A stretch of DNA of 64,000 nt from the human T2T-CHM13v2.0 reference genome, Homo sapiens, in the NCBI RefSeq assembly GCF_009914755.1, contig NC_060930.1; one strand, given 5' to 3'. The notes beneath the pieces are model-generated. The model worked only from the letters and a program-made list of their open reading frames with translations. It made no database searches and was not told the DNA's origin. The position numbers were made by a program, and so were the translations under genes. Below, in pieces: positions 1 through 12,940 of this stretch; the first letter of the stretch is position 1; each line of letters starts with the position of its first letter.

Positions 1-231
1 CCCTGTATATAGAAGAGGGCTGGCAGTGGGGAGAACACTAGTGAATTTTCTGCTGATTCTTAAATGTGGTTGTGATACAACTAAATGATGACAGTTAGAT
101 ATAACCCCAGGAAATGTATGGTTACTCAGCAATTGAATCATAGAACCTGAATAACTTTAGAAAGTGAAAATGGGTTAAGTTATAAAAGTTGTAGTTAACA
201 GTTGGTTTCTTTTGATGTATTCTGGGCTTAG

Positions 232-427
232 GTCGAATGGCACCACCTGTAGATGATCTTTCTCCAAAAAAAGTAAAAGTTGTTGTAGGAGTAGCTCGCA
301 AACATTCAGACAATGAAGCAGAAAGTATAGCAGATGCATTATCTTCAACCTCAAATATTTTGGCTTCTGAATTCTTTGAGGAGGAGAAACAGGAGTCTCC
401 AAAGTCAACGTTCTCTCCTGCTCCACG
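232..427 (+). CDS. PHF3: PHF3 internal coding exon (GRMAPPVDDLSPKK...FSPAPR), upstream of the SPOC domain
   Basis: Acceptor ttag|GT at 230-231 and donor CG|gtaatt at 428; phase-2 end joins the exon at 932 in frame; peptide recognised as PHF3. Confidence 0.93.
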
Positions 428-931
428 GTAATTTTCTCTGTTGTAAATTCTGTAATACTCATTATAGATCTTTGCCAGATTATACTTGCAAGTCTTCAAA
501 AACAGAAAAGTGACATTTTGGGAACCTCTCATTTGAGAAAATAACTGTACTTTCCTGTACTTTGAGATAAAACAAGACTTCGAAAATAAATATATTTGGA
601 GTGTTTTCAGTGAGAGATTGGAGCGTGTGGGGAAACAGCTTTAAAATTCTCTTTAATTATGCTGGTCCCAAAAGTCAGGGATAGATTATTAAAGACGAAA
701 TGTTTGCACTTTTCTCAATCTTAGTTCTCCTAAGCCAGCCAAGAGGGAAGATTTTGTAAAACATTACTATGTAAATATGAATGTAATTTTATAAAATGAA
801 AGTGTGAACTCTTTGTCAATAGCCTCATATTTTGGCCTTCTTCACATGCTAAAATACGAGTAACTGATGACTAGGTAGGACATTGATTTATTCATCAGCT
901 TGTCTTTAGGCTTTTTAATGTCATTTTCTAG

Positions 932-1079
932 TCCAGAGATGCCTGGAACTGTTGAAGTTGAGTCTACCTTTCTGGCTCGATTGAACTTCATCTGGAAAGG
1001 TTTTATCAACATGCCTTCTGTGGCAAAATTTGTTACCAAAGCCTATCCAGTATCTGGCTCCCCAGAATACCTGACAGAG
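932..1079 (+). CDS. PHF3: PHF3 coding exon, start of SPOC domain (RPEMPGTVEVESTFLARLNFIWKGFINMPSVAKFVTKAYPVSGSPEYLTE)
   Basis: ttttctag| acceptor, GAG|gtactg donor; IWKGFINM motif typical of PHF3/DIDO SPOC domains. Confidence 0.95.
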
Positions 1080-2049
1080 GTACTGTGAACTTTTCTGCTT
1101 TTCTGTGCATGAATTGATAATGTGTGTTTCTGAAAGTAATTGACAGGGAAATAAGACAGAGTTAGTAATAGAAATATTTATTAACAATGATTTTTAAACA
1201 GTCCAAGTAATATAATTATGAATTAACAAATGGATCTTTAGAATTGTAAAATAAACTATTCTCTGAAAGTTTTAAACTCCTATGTCCTGCACTTTTCCCA
1301 AGATGTACTGCCTCACTGTGTCAGATAATTCAAAATCAATGAGAGTCTACATGGATATCCAAGTTTTTCTTTGAATACACACTTAAATAAAAGATTTACA
1401 TACTTTTGGTCTTTAATGTTAACACATTAAGAATTTTTTGTTAAACAGATCTTCTGATTTCCCCACTGCTTATGTTTCCCCATCTTCATGACTACTGTTC
1501 TTACCTGCCTATTTCTGTGAATGTGGTTTATGTAGACTGGGAGTTGAAGCTTTACAGCTAGTTGAAAACCAGTGAGACTAGTGACTGTAGTTGCTGCAAG
1601 TGATACCCTTGGTTGGTTCTACACCTGAGGGAAATAGAAAGAAACTATTATGTGGTATTTATGGAAAATAAGCAGCAGTAACATTATAATATTGTGATAA
1701 ATGAGACAGTGACATTTTTGAATTATTTTGAAGGAAATGTATTTTTATATGTGTATAGAAGGAAAATAAATCAGTACATATATACTGTATTTATGTTGAG
1801 ATCATATTTTGCTATCTTGTTCGTATCTGACCTTTTTCATTTATTCTCTATCTGCTGATTTTAAAGAATTAAAAGATTGTAAAAAAATTCCTTTTATTAT
1901 TTGAAAAAGCCTAAATCATTTGCCTGTCTTTTTTTTTTTTTTAAGGCTAACATAAACTTCACTTTTCTTTGGATTAGGCTGCAATTAGTTTAATTCAATG
2001 TAATACTGTTTATGTAATATTGATCAGTTTATTTGGTTAGCAGTTGTGG

Positions 2050-2375
2050 GTTTGTTTTTGTTTTTGTTTTTGTTTTTGTTTTTGTTTTTGTTTTGAGACA
2101 GAGTCTGCCCTGTCGCCCTGGCTGGAGTGCAGTGGCGTGATCTTGGCTTGCTGCAATGTCTGCCTCCCGGGTTCAACCATTCTCCTGTCTCAGCCTCCCA
2201 TGTAGCTGGGATTAACAGATGTGTGCTACCACACCTGGCTAATTTTTGTATTTTTAGTAGAAACGGGGCTTCACCATGTTAGCCAGGCCGGTTCTGAACT
2301 ACTGCCCTCAAGTGATCTGCTTGCCTCTGCCTCCCAGAATACTGGGATTACAGATGTGAGCCACCGGGCCCAGCC
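2050..2375 (-). mobile_element. Alu (S/J type) whose tail has decayed to (GTTTTT)n
   Basis: Antisense Alu body GAGACAGAGTC...GTGAGCCACCGGGCCCAGCC; degenerate TAGCAG(T)TGTG flanking duplication. Confidence 0.93.
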
Positions 2376-3359
2376 TAGCAGTGTGTTTTCGATTAATAAA
2401 CAGACTAATCACTTTTATATACAGTTTGCTTGATATTTTAAAAATGTGAGCTTTATAAGAGAAAAATGAATTAGATCCATGATGTTCTTCTTGAGCAAAT
2501 CTGTTTAGAAATTTATTATTTGGTCAGTCCATGGTGAAGATAATTCTTTAAACGGAGAGGTAAGCCCTTAACTACAAAATCCTTTTGATTTTAAACAAGA
2601 TTATTATTTTCCCCTCCGAGACACAGTTTTTATGTGGTTGCTTTCCAGATTTTCACTTCCGTTTTGTACTTGTTTTTAGTTTGGACTGAAATCCCAAATC
2701 AAATATTTTAAAGTAGTTAATAATTTAAATAAACTAAATTGAATTTAATATCAATTATGTTTTTATGATTTTCCTCAGTCTTCGTGGAAAAAATAGGAAT
2801 GTACTGAATAAAGTTTTAAATATTCTTAATTGCTTTCATGTGTAGTCATCTGTTTTCAGAAAGATTATGCCTTTAAAAAAATAAACCTTGAATTATTACA
2901 ATATTATTCTCCTTTGTGCAAAAATACACTCTGTAATTACATTTGGTAACCTTTGAAATTCAGCTGTTAATTATTAAGGAATTTTCCTGCCTACTGCTAC
3001 CAAAAGGGGAGGTTACAATCTCTGCTAATATTCTGAAATGTGTTGTGTTCTTTCTGAATTGTTAATGTGGTATGCTTGCCATTGCTTCCCTTTCCCATCT
3101 TTCATAGTGAGATTGGGCATGAACTCAGACTCTTTCTTAGTAGCTGTATTTTAGGCAACAGTCATTTGTAGTTGGCATTTCAAGTAAAACCTAATTGCTC
3201 TCTGTATTCTGTTTTCCGATGCATTTTTCATAATCTCTTTATTTACTTGTTTTTATTACTGTTTCAAATTAGTCTTAGAATCAAATTTGTATGAATTACT
3301 AATGTCATAATAAAGATAATCTATATATATTGATCTCTTTTTTTTTTTTTTAACCATAG

Positions 3360-3449
3360 GACCTACCAGATAGTATTCAAGTAGGTGGCAGGATATCACC
3401 TCAGACAGTTTGGGATTATGTGGAAAAAATAAAAGCATCAGGAACCAAG
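3360..3449 (+). CDS. PHF3: PHF3 90-bp coding exon, SPOC domain (DLPDSIQVGGRISPQTVWDYVEKIKASGTK); absent from the ORF track
   Basis: Poly-T tract then catag| acceptor, AAG|gtgagg donor, phase 0/0; LP...GRI...VWDY SPOC motif. Confidence 0.95.
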
Positions 3450-3754
3450 GTGAGGAAAACTTTTTTCACTATACCAGCATGGGAAAATGTTTAGAAAGTA
3501 AACAGTTTAGAATTCTTATGCAAGGGTGCAAAGTCTCCTGGGGAAAGGAGGCAATACACATTTTAAGTCTATGTAATATACCTCACAAAACTGAACAAAA
3601 GCCATTTGCTGAGGCTGTCAACAGTACAGCATTTTTTTTTTTTCCTCTCCTGGGATGCTCTCTTTGTGGCTTCTGTTAATGTTTTAGAAGAAATGTTTTA
3701 GAGTAAGTATTGAAATTCACCCTGGAATTTTGCCTTGCTTCTATTACAGACAAG

Positions 3755-4090
3755 TGTTTGAGTTAGGGCACAGCTAAGCTATTGCAAAAAAGAGAATCTA
3801 AAATATAGTGACTCAAAAAATACAGAAGTTGATTGGAGTGTTGTCCTCAGCAGTCAAACATACCAAATAGGAGTAAATGAGGAATACCTGTCTAGTTGTT
3901 TGAAAGGCAAATTGCAGTCATTAACTTCCATTGGAAAGAACCTAGTCACATAGCCATCCATACATAGCTGCTAGGGAGGCTGGGAAATGTAATCTTTATT
4001 GGATGGCCATGTGCCCAGCTAAAAGTTAAGGGCTTCTTATTAGTAATAGGAGGAAAGGAGAAAAGATACTGCGAAATGGCTCTATCACAA
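3755..4090. mobile_element. Old MaLR LTR (MLT1J/K/L-like)
   Basis: CCATTGG...CTAGTCACATAGCC...GGGAGGCTGGGAAATGTAATCTTT...GCCATGTGCCCAGCT motifs. Confidence 0.65.
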
Positions 4091-5029
4091 TAATATTTCT
4101 CCTTTTCCTTTTTCTCTCTACATTTTCTTTTCTTTTTTTAACTTATAGAATATTACTACAGAGGAAAATTTAATCATTAGAAGAAATTGTTTTTCCCTCC
4201 ACGGGATGTGATAGTACCTAGTATATTAACAGTCATTCGATAAATAAATCTTGAATGAATAAATGTTACTTTTTTGCCTCTTTTTCAGAAGTCTCTAGCT
4301 TTTCTTTGGAATGATCCAAAATGGATAATCTTAAGCTGAAAAGAATATTTTGTTCCAGTATAGATTTTTAGAATTTAAATTGATACAGTGTTAAAATACA
4401 AATAAACTTTAAAGCACTAATAAAAATGAGAAGTATTACTCTTGGGCATTTTGAGAATCACTCTTGAATCCACACATATATTACTGCCCAACACTTTATA
4501 GTATGTTCCAATTTAACAGATTTAAACACTCTGTAATAGTTGTTACTAACATATGTATGGTGATTTTTACTCTAAAAGAGGGCAGTTTAGATGACACACA
4601 TTTTATAAGAGAGTCATATTTCAGCTCATTCACATGTTTTCCTTAGGAGCTTGTATCAGTTTTAGGCTTTGCAGCAAATCTGGCTCTCCCATTTCGGCCA
4701 TATACCATCATGAAAAAAAACATTGTTGTTGAACACTACCAAATTAATAACAAATTAGGACTGTCTTTTCTATCTGAAACAAAACCTAGAGGCAAGCAAG
4801 AAAATTCCTAAGCCAAATTACTTTACAAAATTTACGGTCTATATGTATTTAAGGTCTCTTCATCCAGCCCTTTTTATTTCTAAATTCAGTGCCTAGTAAC
4901 TGGATTATTAGTAGATTTGTCTGTTTGTGTATATAAATGTATGGTAGGGTGGAAGTGTTGGGTGCTTTTAGTTCCCAGTGGTTCAAGAACATAAGCAGCC
5001 CTTTGTGGAGGTTACAGCATTGGAAATCA

Positions 5030-5200
5030 GGATATAGTGTAGATATTAGAAGACTTGGGTTTCAGTATCATCTCTGCCACTGACAAGTTGTATCTGTCAC
5101 CTTCAAAAAAGTCATTAATCACCTTTGGACTCCATTTCTTATGTTTCCGTAAGAAATGTAAGCTATCAGATAAATCCATCAATGGATCAGTAAAGATCTT
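5030..5200 (+). mobile_element. MIR SINE
   Basis: AGACTTGGGTTTCAG...CTCTGCCACTGAC...AAGTCATTAATC core. Confidence 0.6.
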
Positions 5201-5375
5201 TTCTTAAGAGTTACTTGCTTTTAATATTCTCTTCTGTATTTAAGTTGGTAAACCACGTTATTTGGTACCATCATTATAAAGTTCAATAGATTATTACTAA
5301 TTGAGAAATAGTTTTAAAACCAAGCTACTCTTTAGCTTATTACCTTAAACAATTATTTGTTATTTTCTTGAACAG

Positions 5376-5571
5376 GAAATTTGTGTGGTTCGCTTCACAC
5401 CAGTAACTGAAGAAGATCAAATTTCTTATACTTTGCTCTTTGCATACTTCAGTAGCAGAAAGCGCTATGGAGTAGCTGCTAACAACATGAAGCAGGTTAA
5501 AGATATGTACCTTATTCCTTTGGGTGCCACAGATAAAATTCCACACCCTCTTGTGCCTTTTGATGGACCTG
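5376..5571 (+). CDS. PHF3: PHF3 coding exon, SPOC domain (EICVVRFTPVTEEDQISYTLLFAYFSSRKRYGV...KDMYLIP...FDGPG)
   Basis: aacag| acceptor, G|gtaggt donor; matches ORF 5385-5588; SPOC motifs. Confidence 0.96.
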
Positions 5572-5794
5572 GTAGGTATACGTTTTAATAATAGGATAAG
5601 AATGAAATAACATGGGAGGTGGGACCAGAGTGAAAAGACTGATTCTGCCTTCTTTCTCAGGATCCAGCCCTCTAGAGATGGCTTGACAGGGCCAGGCACC
5701 ATTTAATATCCTGTAATAAGTTAGAGGCAGAATTTTACCTTTTTTTGCAATGATTGAAAATGATGAATTAATTGATGTTTTTGGTTTTATACAG

Positions 5795-7917
5795 GGCTTG
5801 AACTGCATAGACCTAATCTATTGTTGGGCTTAATTATTCGTCAGAAACTGAAGCGACAGCACAGTGCCTGTGCTAGTACTAGTCATATAGCTGAGACTCC
5901 TGAAAGTGCACCACCAATAGCATTGCCACCTGATAAAAAAAGTAAAATAGAAGTTTCTACAGAAGAAGCACCAGAGGAAGAAAATGACTTTTTTAATTCT
6001 TTTACAACTGTATTACACAAGCAGAGAAATAAACCTCAGCAGAATCTTCAGGAAGACCTTCCAACAGCAGTTGAACCTTTAATGGAAGTCACCAAACAGG
6101 AGCCACCAAAACCTTTAAGATTTCTTCCTGGCGTGTTGATTGGCTGGGAGAATCAACCTACTACTCTGGAATTAGCAAATAAACCTCTTCCTGTGGATGA
6201 TATACTTCAAAGCCTTTTGGGCACCACTGGTCAAGTATATGACCAGGCCCAGTCAGTGATGGAACAAAACACTGTTAAAGAAATTCCATTTTTAAATGAG
6301 CAGACCAACTCAAAAATAGAGAAAACAGATAATGTGGAAGTAACTGATGGTGAAAACAAGGAGATAAAAGTTAAAGTAGATAATATTTCAGAATCTACAG
6401 ATAAGTCAGCAGAAATAGAAACATCAGTAGTAGGGTCCTCTTCCATTTCTGCAGGGTCTTTGACGAGTCTTAGTCTCAGAGGTAAGCCACCAGATGTTTC
6501 TACAGAAGCATTTTTAACAAATTTATCAATTCAGTCAAAACAAGAGGAAACTGTGGAGAGTAAAGAGAAAACATTAAAAAGACAGCTTCAGGAAGATCAA
6601 GAGAATAATTTGCAAGATAACCAGACTTCAAATAGTTCTCCATGCAGATCTAATGTAGGAAAAGGAAACATAGATGGTAATGTGAGCTGTAGTGAAAACC
6701 TTGTTGCTAATACAGCGAGGTCTCCACAGTTTATCAACCTGAAAAGGGATCCTAGGCAAGCAGCAGGACGAAGTCAGCCTGTAACTACTTCAGAAAGCAA
6801 AGATGGAGATAGTTGCCAGAATGGAGAAAAACACATGCTGCCTGGCCTGTCACACAACAAGGAGCACTTAACAGAACAAATCAATGTAGAGGAAAAGTTG
6901 TGTTCTGCAGAGAAAAACTCGTGTGTTCAGCAGAGTGACAATTTAAAAGTTGCACAAAACTCACCATCAGTAGAAAACATACAGACTTCTCAAGCAGAAC
7001 AAGCAAAACCCTTACAGGAGGATATTTTAATGCAAAATATTGAAACTGTGCACCCATTTCGAAGAGGATCAGCAGTAGCGACATCTCATTTTGAAGTTGG
7101 AAACACATGTCCATCAGAATTTCCTTCTAAAAGCATCACCTTTACTTCCAGAAGCACCAGCCCCAGAACAAGTACAAACTTTTCACCCATGAGGCCACAG
7201 CAGCCCAACCTTCAGCATCTCAAGTCTAGCCCACCTGGATTTCCATTTCCAGGGCCTCCTAATTTTCCCCCACAAAGCATGTTTGGATTTCCACCACATT
7301 TGCCACCTCCATTACTTCCCCCTCCAGGCTTTGGCTTTGCTCAAAATCCCATGGTTCCCTGGCCACCTGTTGTTCATCTCCCAGGTCAGCCACAGCGTAT
7401 GATGGGTCCTCTCTCACAAGCATCAAGGTATATAGGCCCGCAGAATTTTTACCAGGTTAAAGACATTCGGAGGCCAGAAAGGCGCCATAGTGACCCTTGG
7501 GGTAGGCAAGACCAACAGCAACTGGATAGGCCATTTAATAGGGGTAAAGGGGACCGCCAGAGATTTTATAGTGATTCACACCATTTGAAAAGAGAGCGAC
7601 ATGAAAAGGAATGGGAGCAAGAATCTGAAAGGCATAGACGCAGAGACAGAAGCCAAGACAAGGACAGAGACAGAAAAAGCAGGGAGGAAGGGCACAAAGA
7701 TAAAGAGAGGGCACGGTTATCACATGGTGATCGAGGAACAGATGGAAAAGCAAGCAGAGATAGTAGGAATGTAGACAAGAAGCCAGATAAACCTAAAAGT
7801 GAAGACTATGAGAAGGACAAAGAACGAGAGAAAAGTAAACACAGAGAAGGAGAAAAGGACAGGGATAGGTACCACAAAGATAGGGACCACACTGACAGAA
7901 CTAAAAGCAAAAGGTAA
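5795..7917 (+). CDS. PHF3: PHF3 terminal coding exon: end of SPOC, long disordered region, Pro/Phe/Gly-rich segment and mixed-charge (R/D/E/K) tail
   Basis: tacag| acceptor in phase 1; continues into the 698-aa ORF 5821-7917 ending TKSKR-TAA. Confidence 0.97.
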
Positions 7918-9700
7918 AATTTGCAGGCTGCTTCAGGATTACATTTAAATAACTGTTAAAATGTTGTATCTTGTAAACAAAAGAAAGATTGCCTGCTAGG
8001 ATTGTGCCATCTTTAAAATTTTTACTATTGGTCATTTGCAGAACAGTAAATTCTGTGTGTTGGTACAGAGTGCTCTGTACCAGTGCTCATCATCCCTTCT
8101 TCATACCAACGGTCCCTAGTTATAGGAATTTAATATTTTTAAAAGTTTTACATTGCTGTATATTCAAAGATTTGTTTTATTAATATGCAATAAAGGCTTA
8201 GAAATTTTAGTTTTATTCCTTAATTGGTAAATATGGTTAACTATGGAATATATTTACTTCCTCTAGTGAATGTCCTTTATATAATGACTAATTTGGGAGT
8301 AATGTGTGCTCTGTAAGTTTGTTTTAAATTGCACTGTTTTTAAAGAAACTGTAGAGGAGCAACAAAAATCCAAGCAACTTCATAATCAGATTATGCTAAT
8401 CATTTAGTTGAGCAGTTTTTGACCAAGAATCAGAAGCCCAAGGGGTACATTTATTGCTTTAATCTGCACTCATTGAAGTCATTTATTACCATATACTACA
8501 GCTTTGTGGTAGGCCATTATTTTCATTTTCATTTTTGGCTCTTCAGAAACTTGAATACTTAAGCTTGTACATGATCTTGTGTTTTGCTATCCTTTTTACT
8601 GTAAAATGTAAATATTTTAAGGGATATTTTGATTCTAAATATGATAAAATAATTTCTCACCTATTTTGTGTGTGTGACTTGAAATTCAGTAGTAAAAGAA
8701 TTTCTTCTTTAAAGCTTTAATTACCTTCAGACATTGATTTTTTGTTACTCAGCCAAGAACATATAGAAATAGCTATCTATGTCAGGCATTAGATGAGGGG
8801 AAAAACAATTTTTTTAAAATCTTAAATTGTAGGCTGAGATGAATTGTGTAGTTCTAAAGAGGCTAGAATTTAGAACTACCTGTGAAACACTGTGCAGCTA
8901 TAGCCCACTTTATAGGTAAGTTTCTGAAAACTTTTACACCATCGCAATTTGGTACTCTGACTCACTAATCATTAAAATTAAAGACCGCAGAACTTGAAGA
9001 GAAATATGTTTTGAATCCTTTTATAAAATGTGCGATTTAGCCTAATTCGTAAAGTAACTGTACAGTTTCATATGCCAGTTTTACTTGAAAAAAAAATATG
9101 AAAACTATTGTTAATTCAAATCTAAATTTATTTAAACCCTAAAACACATGGTTTTGATGGCTGTAATTTAAAGTAAGAGCTATCAAATGATGCTGACAAA
9201 AGAAAAACCTTCCAAAATACAAAAGAAAGAGAACTCTATTATTTACTTACCTGTATTAATGAAGAAAAATATAAATAATTCCACAAAATTGATTGTTTTC
9301 CTAAAGAGCTTAAAGATTAGAGTTAAAAATTGGTTTTGAAACAGAATTATCCTTGTTATTTTTGCTGGAGAGAAGGGAGGAAATTCAGAACCAAACATTC
9401 TATTTAATTTGCAATGACTTGCAGTACTTTTTTCCCTATCCTTATCCTGTGAAACTTACTATCATAAGGTTCTAAAACAGAGAACTTGTGTTTAAATAAA
9501 GCCCGTTTAACTTTGGTCCACTTTTCTTTTGGAAATTAACTTGTTAGAAAACAAAGTTAGTTCCCAAACAAAACAAAATCTAAGTTATAATTTGCACCAT
9601 TACAAAGAAATTGCTGTCAGGGTTTTACACATTTTAAAAACATTTCAATTTCAAATGTGTATATCGTCAATAAATCTACCTTTACTGATATATCTGGTTG
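7918..9700 (+). other. PHF3: PHF3 proximal 3'UTR (end uncertain; longer forms possible)
   Basis: AU-rich, repeat-free sequence after the stop; AATAAA at 8189, 9495 and 9669; AGTAAA at 8691. Confidence 0.7.
8189..8194 (+). terminator. Candidate proximal polyadenylation signal of PHF3
   Basis: AATAAA followed by T-rich downstream sequence (ttttagttttatt). Confidence 0.55.
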
Positions 9701-10369
9701 AGGGAATATCAGACTCCAGATTTCTTTTGCAAGATGAAAGTAAAAACGAGTGGGTTAATGAATGAAAACAAGCTTTTAGGTCAGTTTTTGATCACCTCTT
9801 CGCTAATAGTTTTTTCTACATATCTAAAATTCTTTAATCAGTTCTGATCGAATCTTGATACATGTTTTTAAAATAGGCAAGGCCCATATAGCTTTCTATT
9901 AGGGATGAGCATCTCCAGGGGTTAGAGGCAGATCTTGTAACCGCTGATTGACTGAAACATTTTATGGAGAATAGGGAAGGTATGGTCATATTAGCTATTT
10001 GAGGTTTTCCTTTTGAGGAAAAAAAGGGAAAATGAGCAGATTTTTCAATGAGTAGTAGATCCAAAGCCATTCTCAGTCCCAGGTACAACCAGCCTTACAC
10101 AAACTAGTGAATTACATGAATTTCATCTTTCAGTTTCTCCTGTTTTAAGAAAAAACCTGCTCTTTAAAAAAAGTTTTACACTTAAAAAAACTTAGAATCA
10201 TCTTAAGACAGTGAATGCATACCTCTATTAGGTAAAAGTACCAGGGCATCTCAGTACCTGTAAAGTTCACCCCATGTAATCTTTGTGGCAATCAGAAAGC
10301 CTCCTTGAGCCCTCTGTAAGGCATCCCTGGTTTTGAGCACTTAGTATAAACATTGGTCAACTCAAAGGT

Positions 10370-10480
10370 GAAGGCTTAGAGCTGAGGAAACTGGAACTTA
10401 GAGAAGTTGGGAAACTTGGCCAGGTTACCCTGCTGTTGTCAGAGCAGGAATCCTACCTAGCTCAGTTCTTTTCTCTAAAG
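10370..10480 (-). mobile_element. MIR SINE
   Basis: GAGGAAACTGG..CTTAGAGAAGTT...ACTTGGCCAGGTTAC antisense core. Confidence 0.6.
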
Positions 10481-10709
10481 TCCATGTGCTTAGCAATTGT
10501 GCTCTGAGAATTGAGAATGAGAAAAAGAAGCAAAAGCCTGATGATCATATATACCTTTCATAGCCCTCTTTCTTTGCGTTCCACTGAACTGTCTGAAACC
10601 CTTCACTGAGCAACCCAACTGTTCAGTGTGAGTCAGAAGACACAACCAAAAACCTGTAAGTTCTTTTGTACGGATTTGCAAAATTTATATTAATCACAAA
10701 TCCTAATTC

Positions 10710-11222
10710 TCTATTCCTGTTTTCTATTGCTGTTGTGATGAATTACTACAAGTGTAGTGGCTTAAAACCACACAAATTTATGATCTTACGGTTCTGTGGA
10801 TCAGAAGTCTGTGCAGATCTCACTGGGTAAGATCAAGGTGTCAGCAAGATGCATTCATTTTCTGGAGACTTTCAGGGAGATTCCTTTTTTTTTGCGCCTT
10901 GGTTTCTAGCTTCTAGAGGGCACCCAATTTCCTTGGCTCATGATCCCTTCCTCCATATTTGAAGCCAGCAGTGTGGGACCCAGTCTTTCTCTAGTATCTC
11001 TGACCTTCCCTTCTGATTCCCTCTTCTACTACAAAGGACCCTTGTGATTACATTGACCCCACCCAGATAATCCAGGGTAATGTTCCTATTTTCAGGTCAG
11101 CTGATGAGCAACTTAAATTCCATCTGTGACCTTAATTCCCTATTCCCATGTAACCTAACATATTTACAGGTGTTCCAAGGATTGGGGTGTAGACATCTTT
11201 TGGGGGGTTATCATCTACCAAC
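10710..11222 (-). mobile_element. MLT1D-like MaLR solo LTR
   Basis: GTGGCTTAAAACCACAC, AAGGACCCTTGTGATTACATTG, CAGATAATCCAGG, GTCAGCTGA motifs. Confidence 0.8.
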
Positions 11223-12523
11223 AGCCCTTGACTTACTAATTGTAGTTTATTGTGGGTGAATTAATCTGAAATCTTTATAGAATAGCTAAGGCTATAGTAA
11301 ATACATGTGAAAAATTTAAGAACAATAACACCAGCAATAGAGAAGAAAATGGAGTGAAAAGTGAAGCCACTCCATGTTAACGTGTGTGTTAACATAAAAC
11401 TACCCGTTAACAGGTAACTTTACTCTGTTGTTCCTAAGTTTTTAATAGTAGCTGTGTTTTTAAAGTTTATGAACCAAACTTAAATGCATTATGAGAGCTT
11501 GATAATGAACCAGATCTTAGTAAAACAGTATTTTAACATTTGGATATACTAGTTGTACTATGCTTATCTCAGATCCCTGTAACACTGGTCAGGCTACAAC
11601 TTACTAATGACTACAAAGAACTATATACACAATCAGGTTTATTTCTGTCTCTTAAAGCAAATTGCAAATAAAATTGGTTACTGCTTTTAAAAAGGTGCCA
11701 AACACCCTAATTCTTTGATTTCTGTTTCACAATTATAGTAATATGTAGAGCAAAAAAGTAGTGAGTTGAAAACAGATCAGTAGCAAGAAGTCCTTTGAAA
11801 ACTTGAGTTCACCATGTCAAGTTTCATCTTATAGATAGATGCAGAGCAGAGTCATTGAGGGAAATAGCCTAAGCACTCAAAGGGCAGTGAATCCAATATA
11901 ACTCTAAATATCCCCAAAATACTTTTTCTATGAAATAATTCAGTGTGTGCATGTCCATGTGTGTATATATACATATATGTTAGCCCAAGCTGTCTTTTAA
12001 AACTCCTTATTTTAAGATAATTTTGTCCTCAAAGTAATGATTTTTTTCAGGAACTTATTATTTATAAGGAGACCAAAAAGGTAAATATTACTGCACCTTA
12101 TTTTTAAAAAATGTTCCGTTTACATTCAACACTTTGAGAAACCTCATACATTTATAGTAAAATCTTAAAGGTCTTTCTGTAGCCAATCATTTTTATTTCG
12201 TACTGGAAAAGCATTTCACATAGGAAATCGTCAACACCATTATCACCAGGATAGCAAAAATAGGAAGCGGGAATAGTGTTGATTTGTTACATGAACTTTG
12301 CAGGATTTTAAGGTGAAAAATATATTTTCAAGTCATTTTGATTTATAGGAGAAAAGGCAGCAGTTTTCAGTTCTTAAATATTGTCTGCCTATTCTGCAAG
12401 CACAATTTTCTGCGTTTGGAATTCAATGATGAGCAAAATGGGAAAGTTCCAATTTTGTGGAGATTACAGGTAGAAAAGTTATAAAATCTGAACGTAAAAT
12501 TGCAACTGTGAAAAGCTTTAAGG

Positions 12524-12940
12524 CAGCAATTCTCAAACTTTTGTTTTCAAGACCCCTTACACTCTTAAAAATTGAGAATGTCAAAGCTTTTGTTTATATG
12601 GCTTATATCATTATTTAGCATACTAGAAAATCAAATGATAAACGTTAAAAATATTTGTTAATGATAATCTCATCTGTTAATGTAACATTTATATAAAAGT
12701 TAACTTCCAAACTAATTTAGTAAGAAGAGTGTCATTGTCTTGATTTTTGCATATTTCCAATTTCTGACTTAGGGCTGGATTCTCTTACCTGCCCTGCATT
12801 CAGTGTTTTGTAGTATGTCATTTTATTTGAAATATATGAAGAAAATCTGGCTATATGTGCATTTGTTTTTGGGAAAGGGAGGACTCTGGATTCCTTGAAA
12901 AGATCGCAGGGGTTCTTGGACCATAGTTTGGGAAGTGCTA
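12524..12940. mobile_element. hAT-Charlie type non-autonomous DNA transposon
   Basis: Termini CAGCAATTCTCAAACT ... GGACCATAGTTTGGGAAGTGCT resemble Charlie/MER TIRs; GACCCCTTACACTCTTAAAAATT. Confidence 0.6.

Noticed and set aside
122-532. 136-aa and 95-aa - strand ORFs
   Set aside because: Antisense shadows of a PHF3 exon and its flanks; no recognisable domain or splice support
908-931. Upstream AG (tctttag) as an alternative PHF3 acceptor
   Set aside because: It would add 22 nt and shift the frame; only the acceptor at 932 preserves SPOC
7535-7778. Ser/Leu-rich - strand ORFs
   Set aside because: Reverse complement of the AG-rich codons of the PHF3 charged tail
8075-8091. C-N5-CAGTGC resembling an iron-responsive element
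   Set aside because: The upper stem (TGTAC vs TCATC) cannot pair
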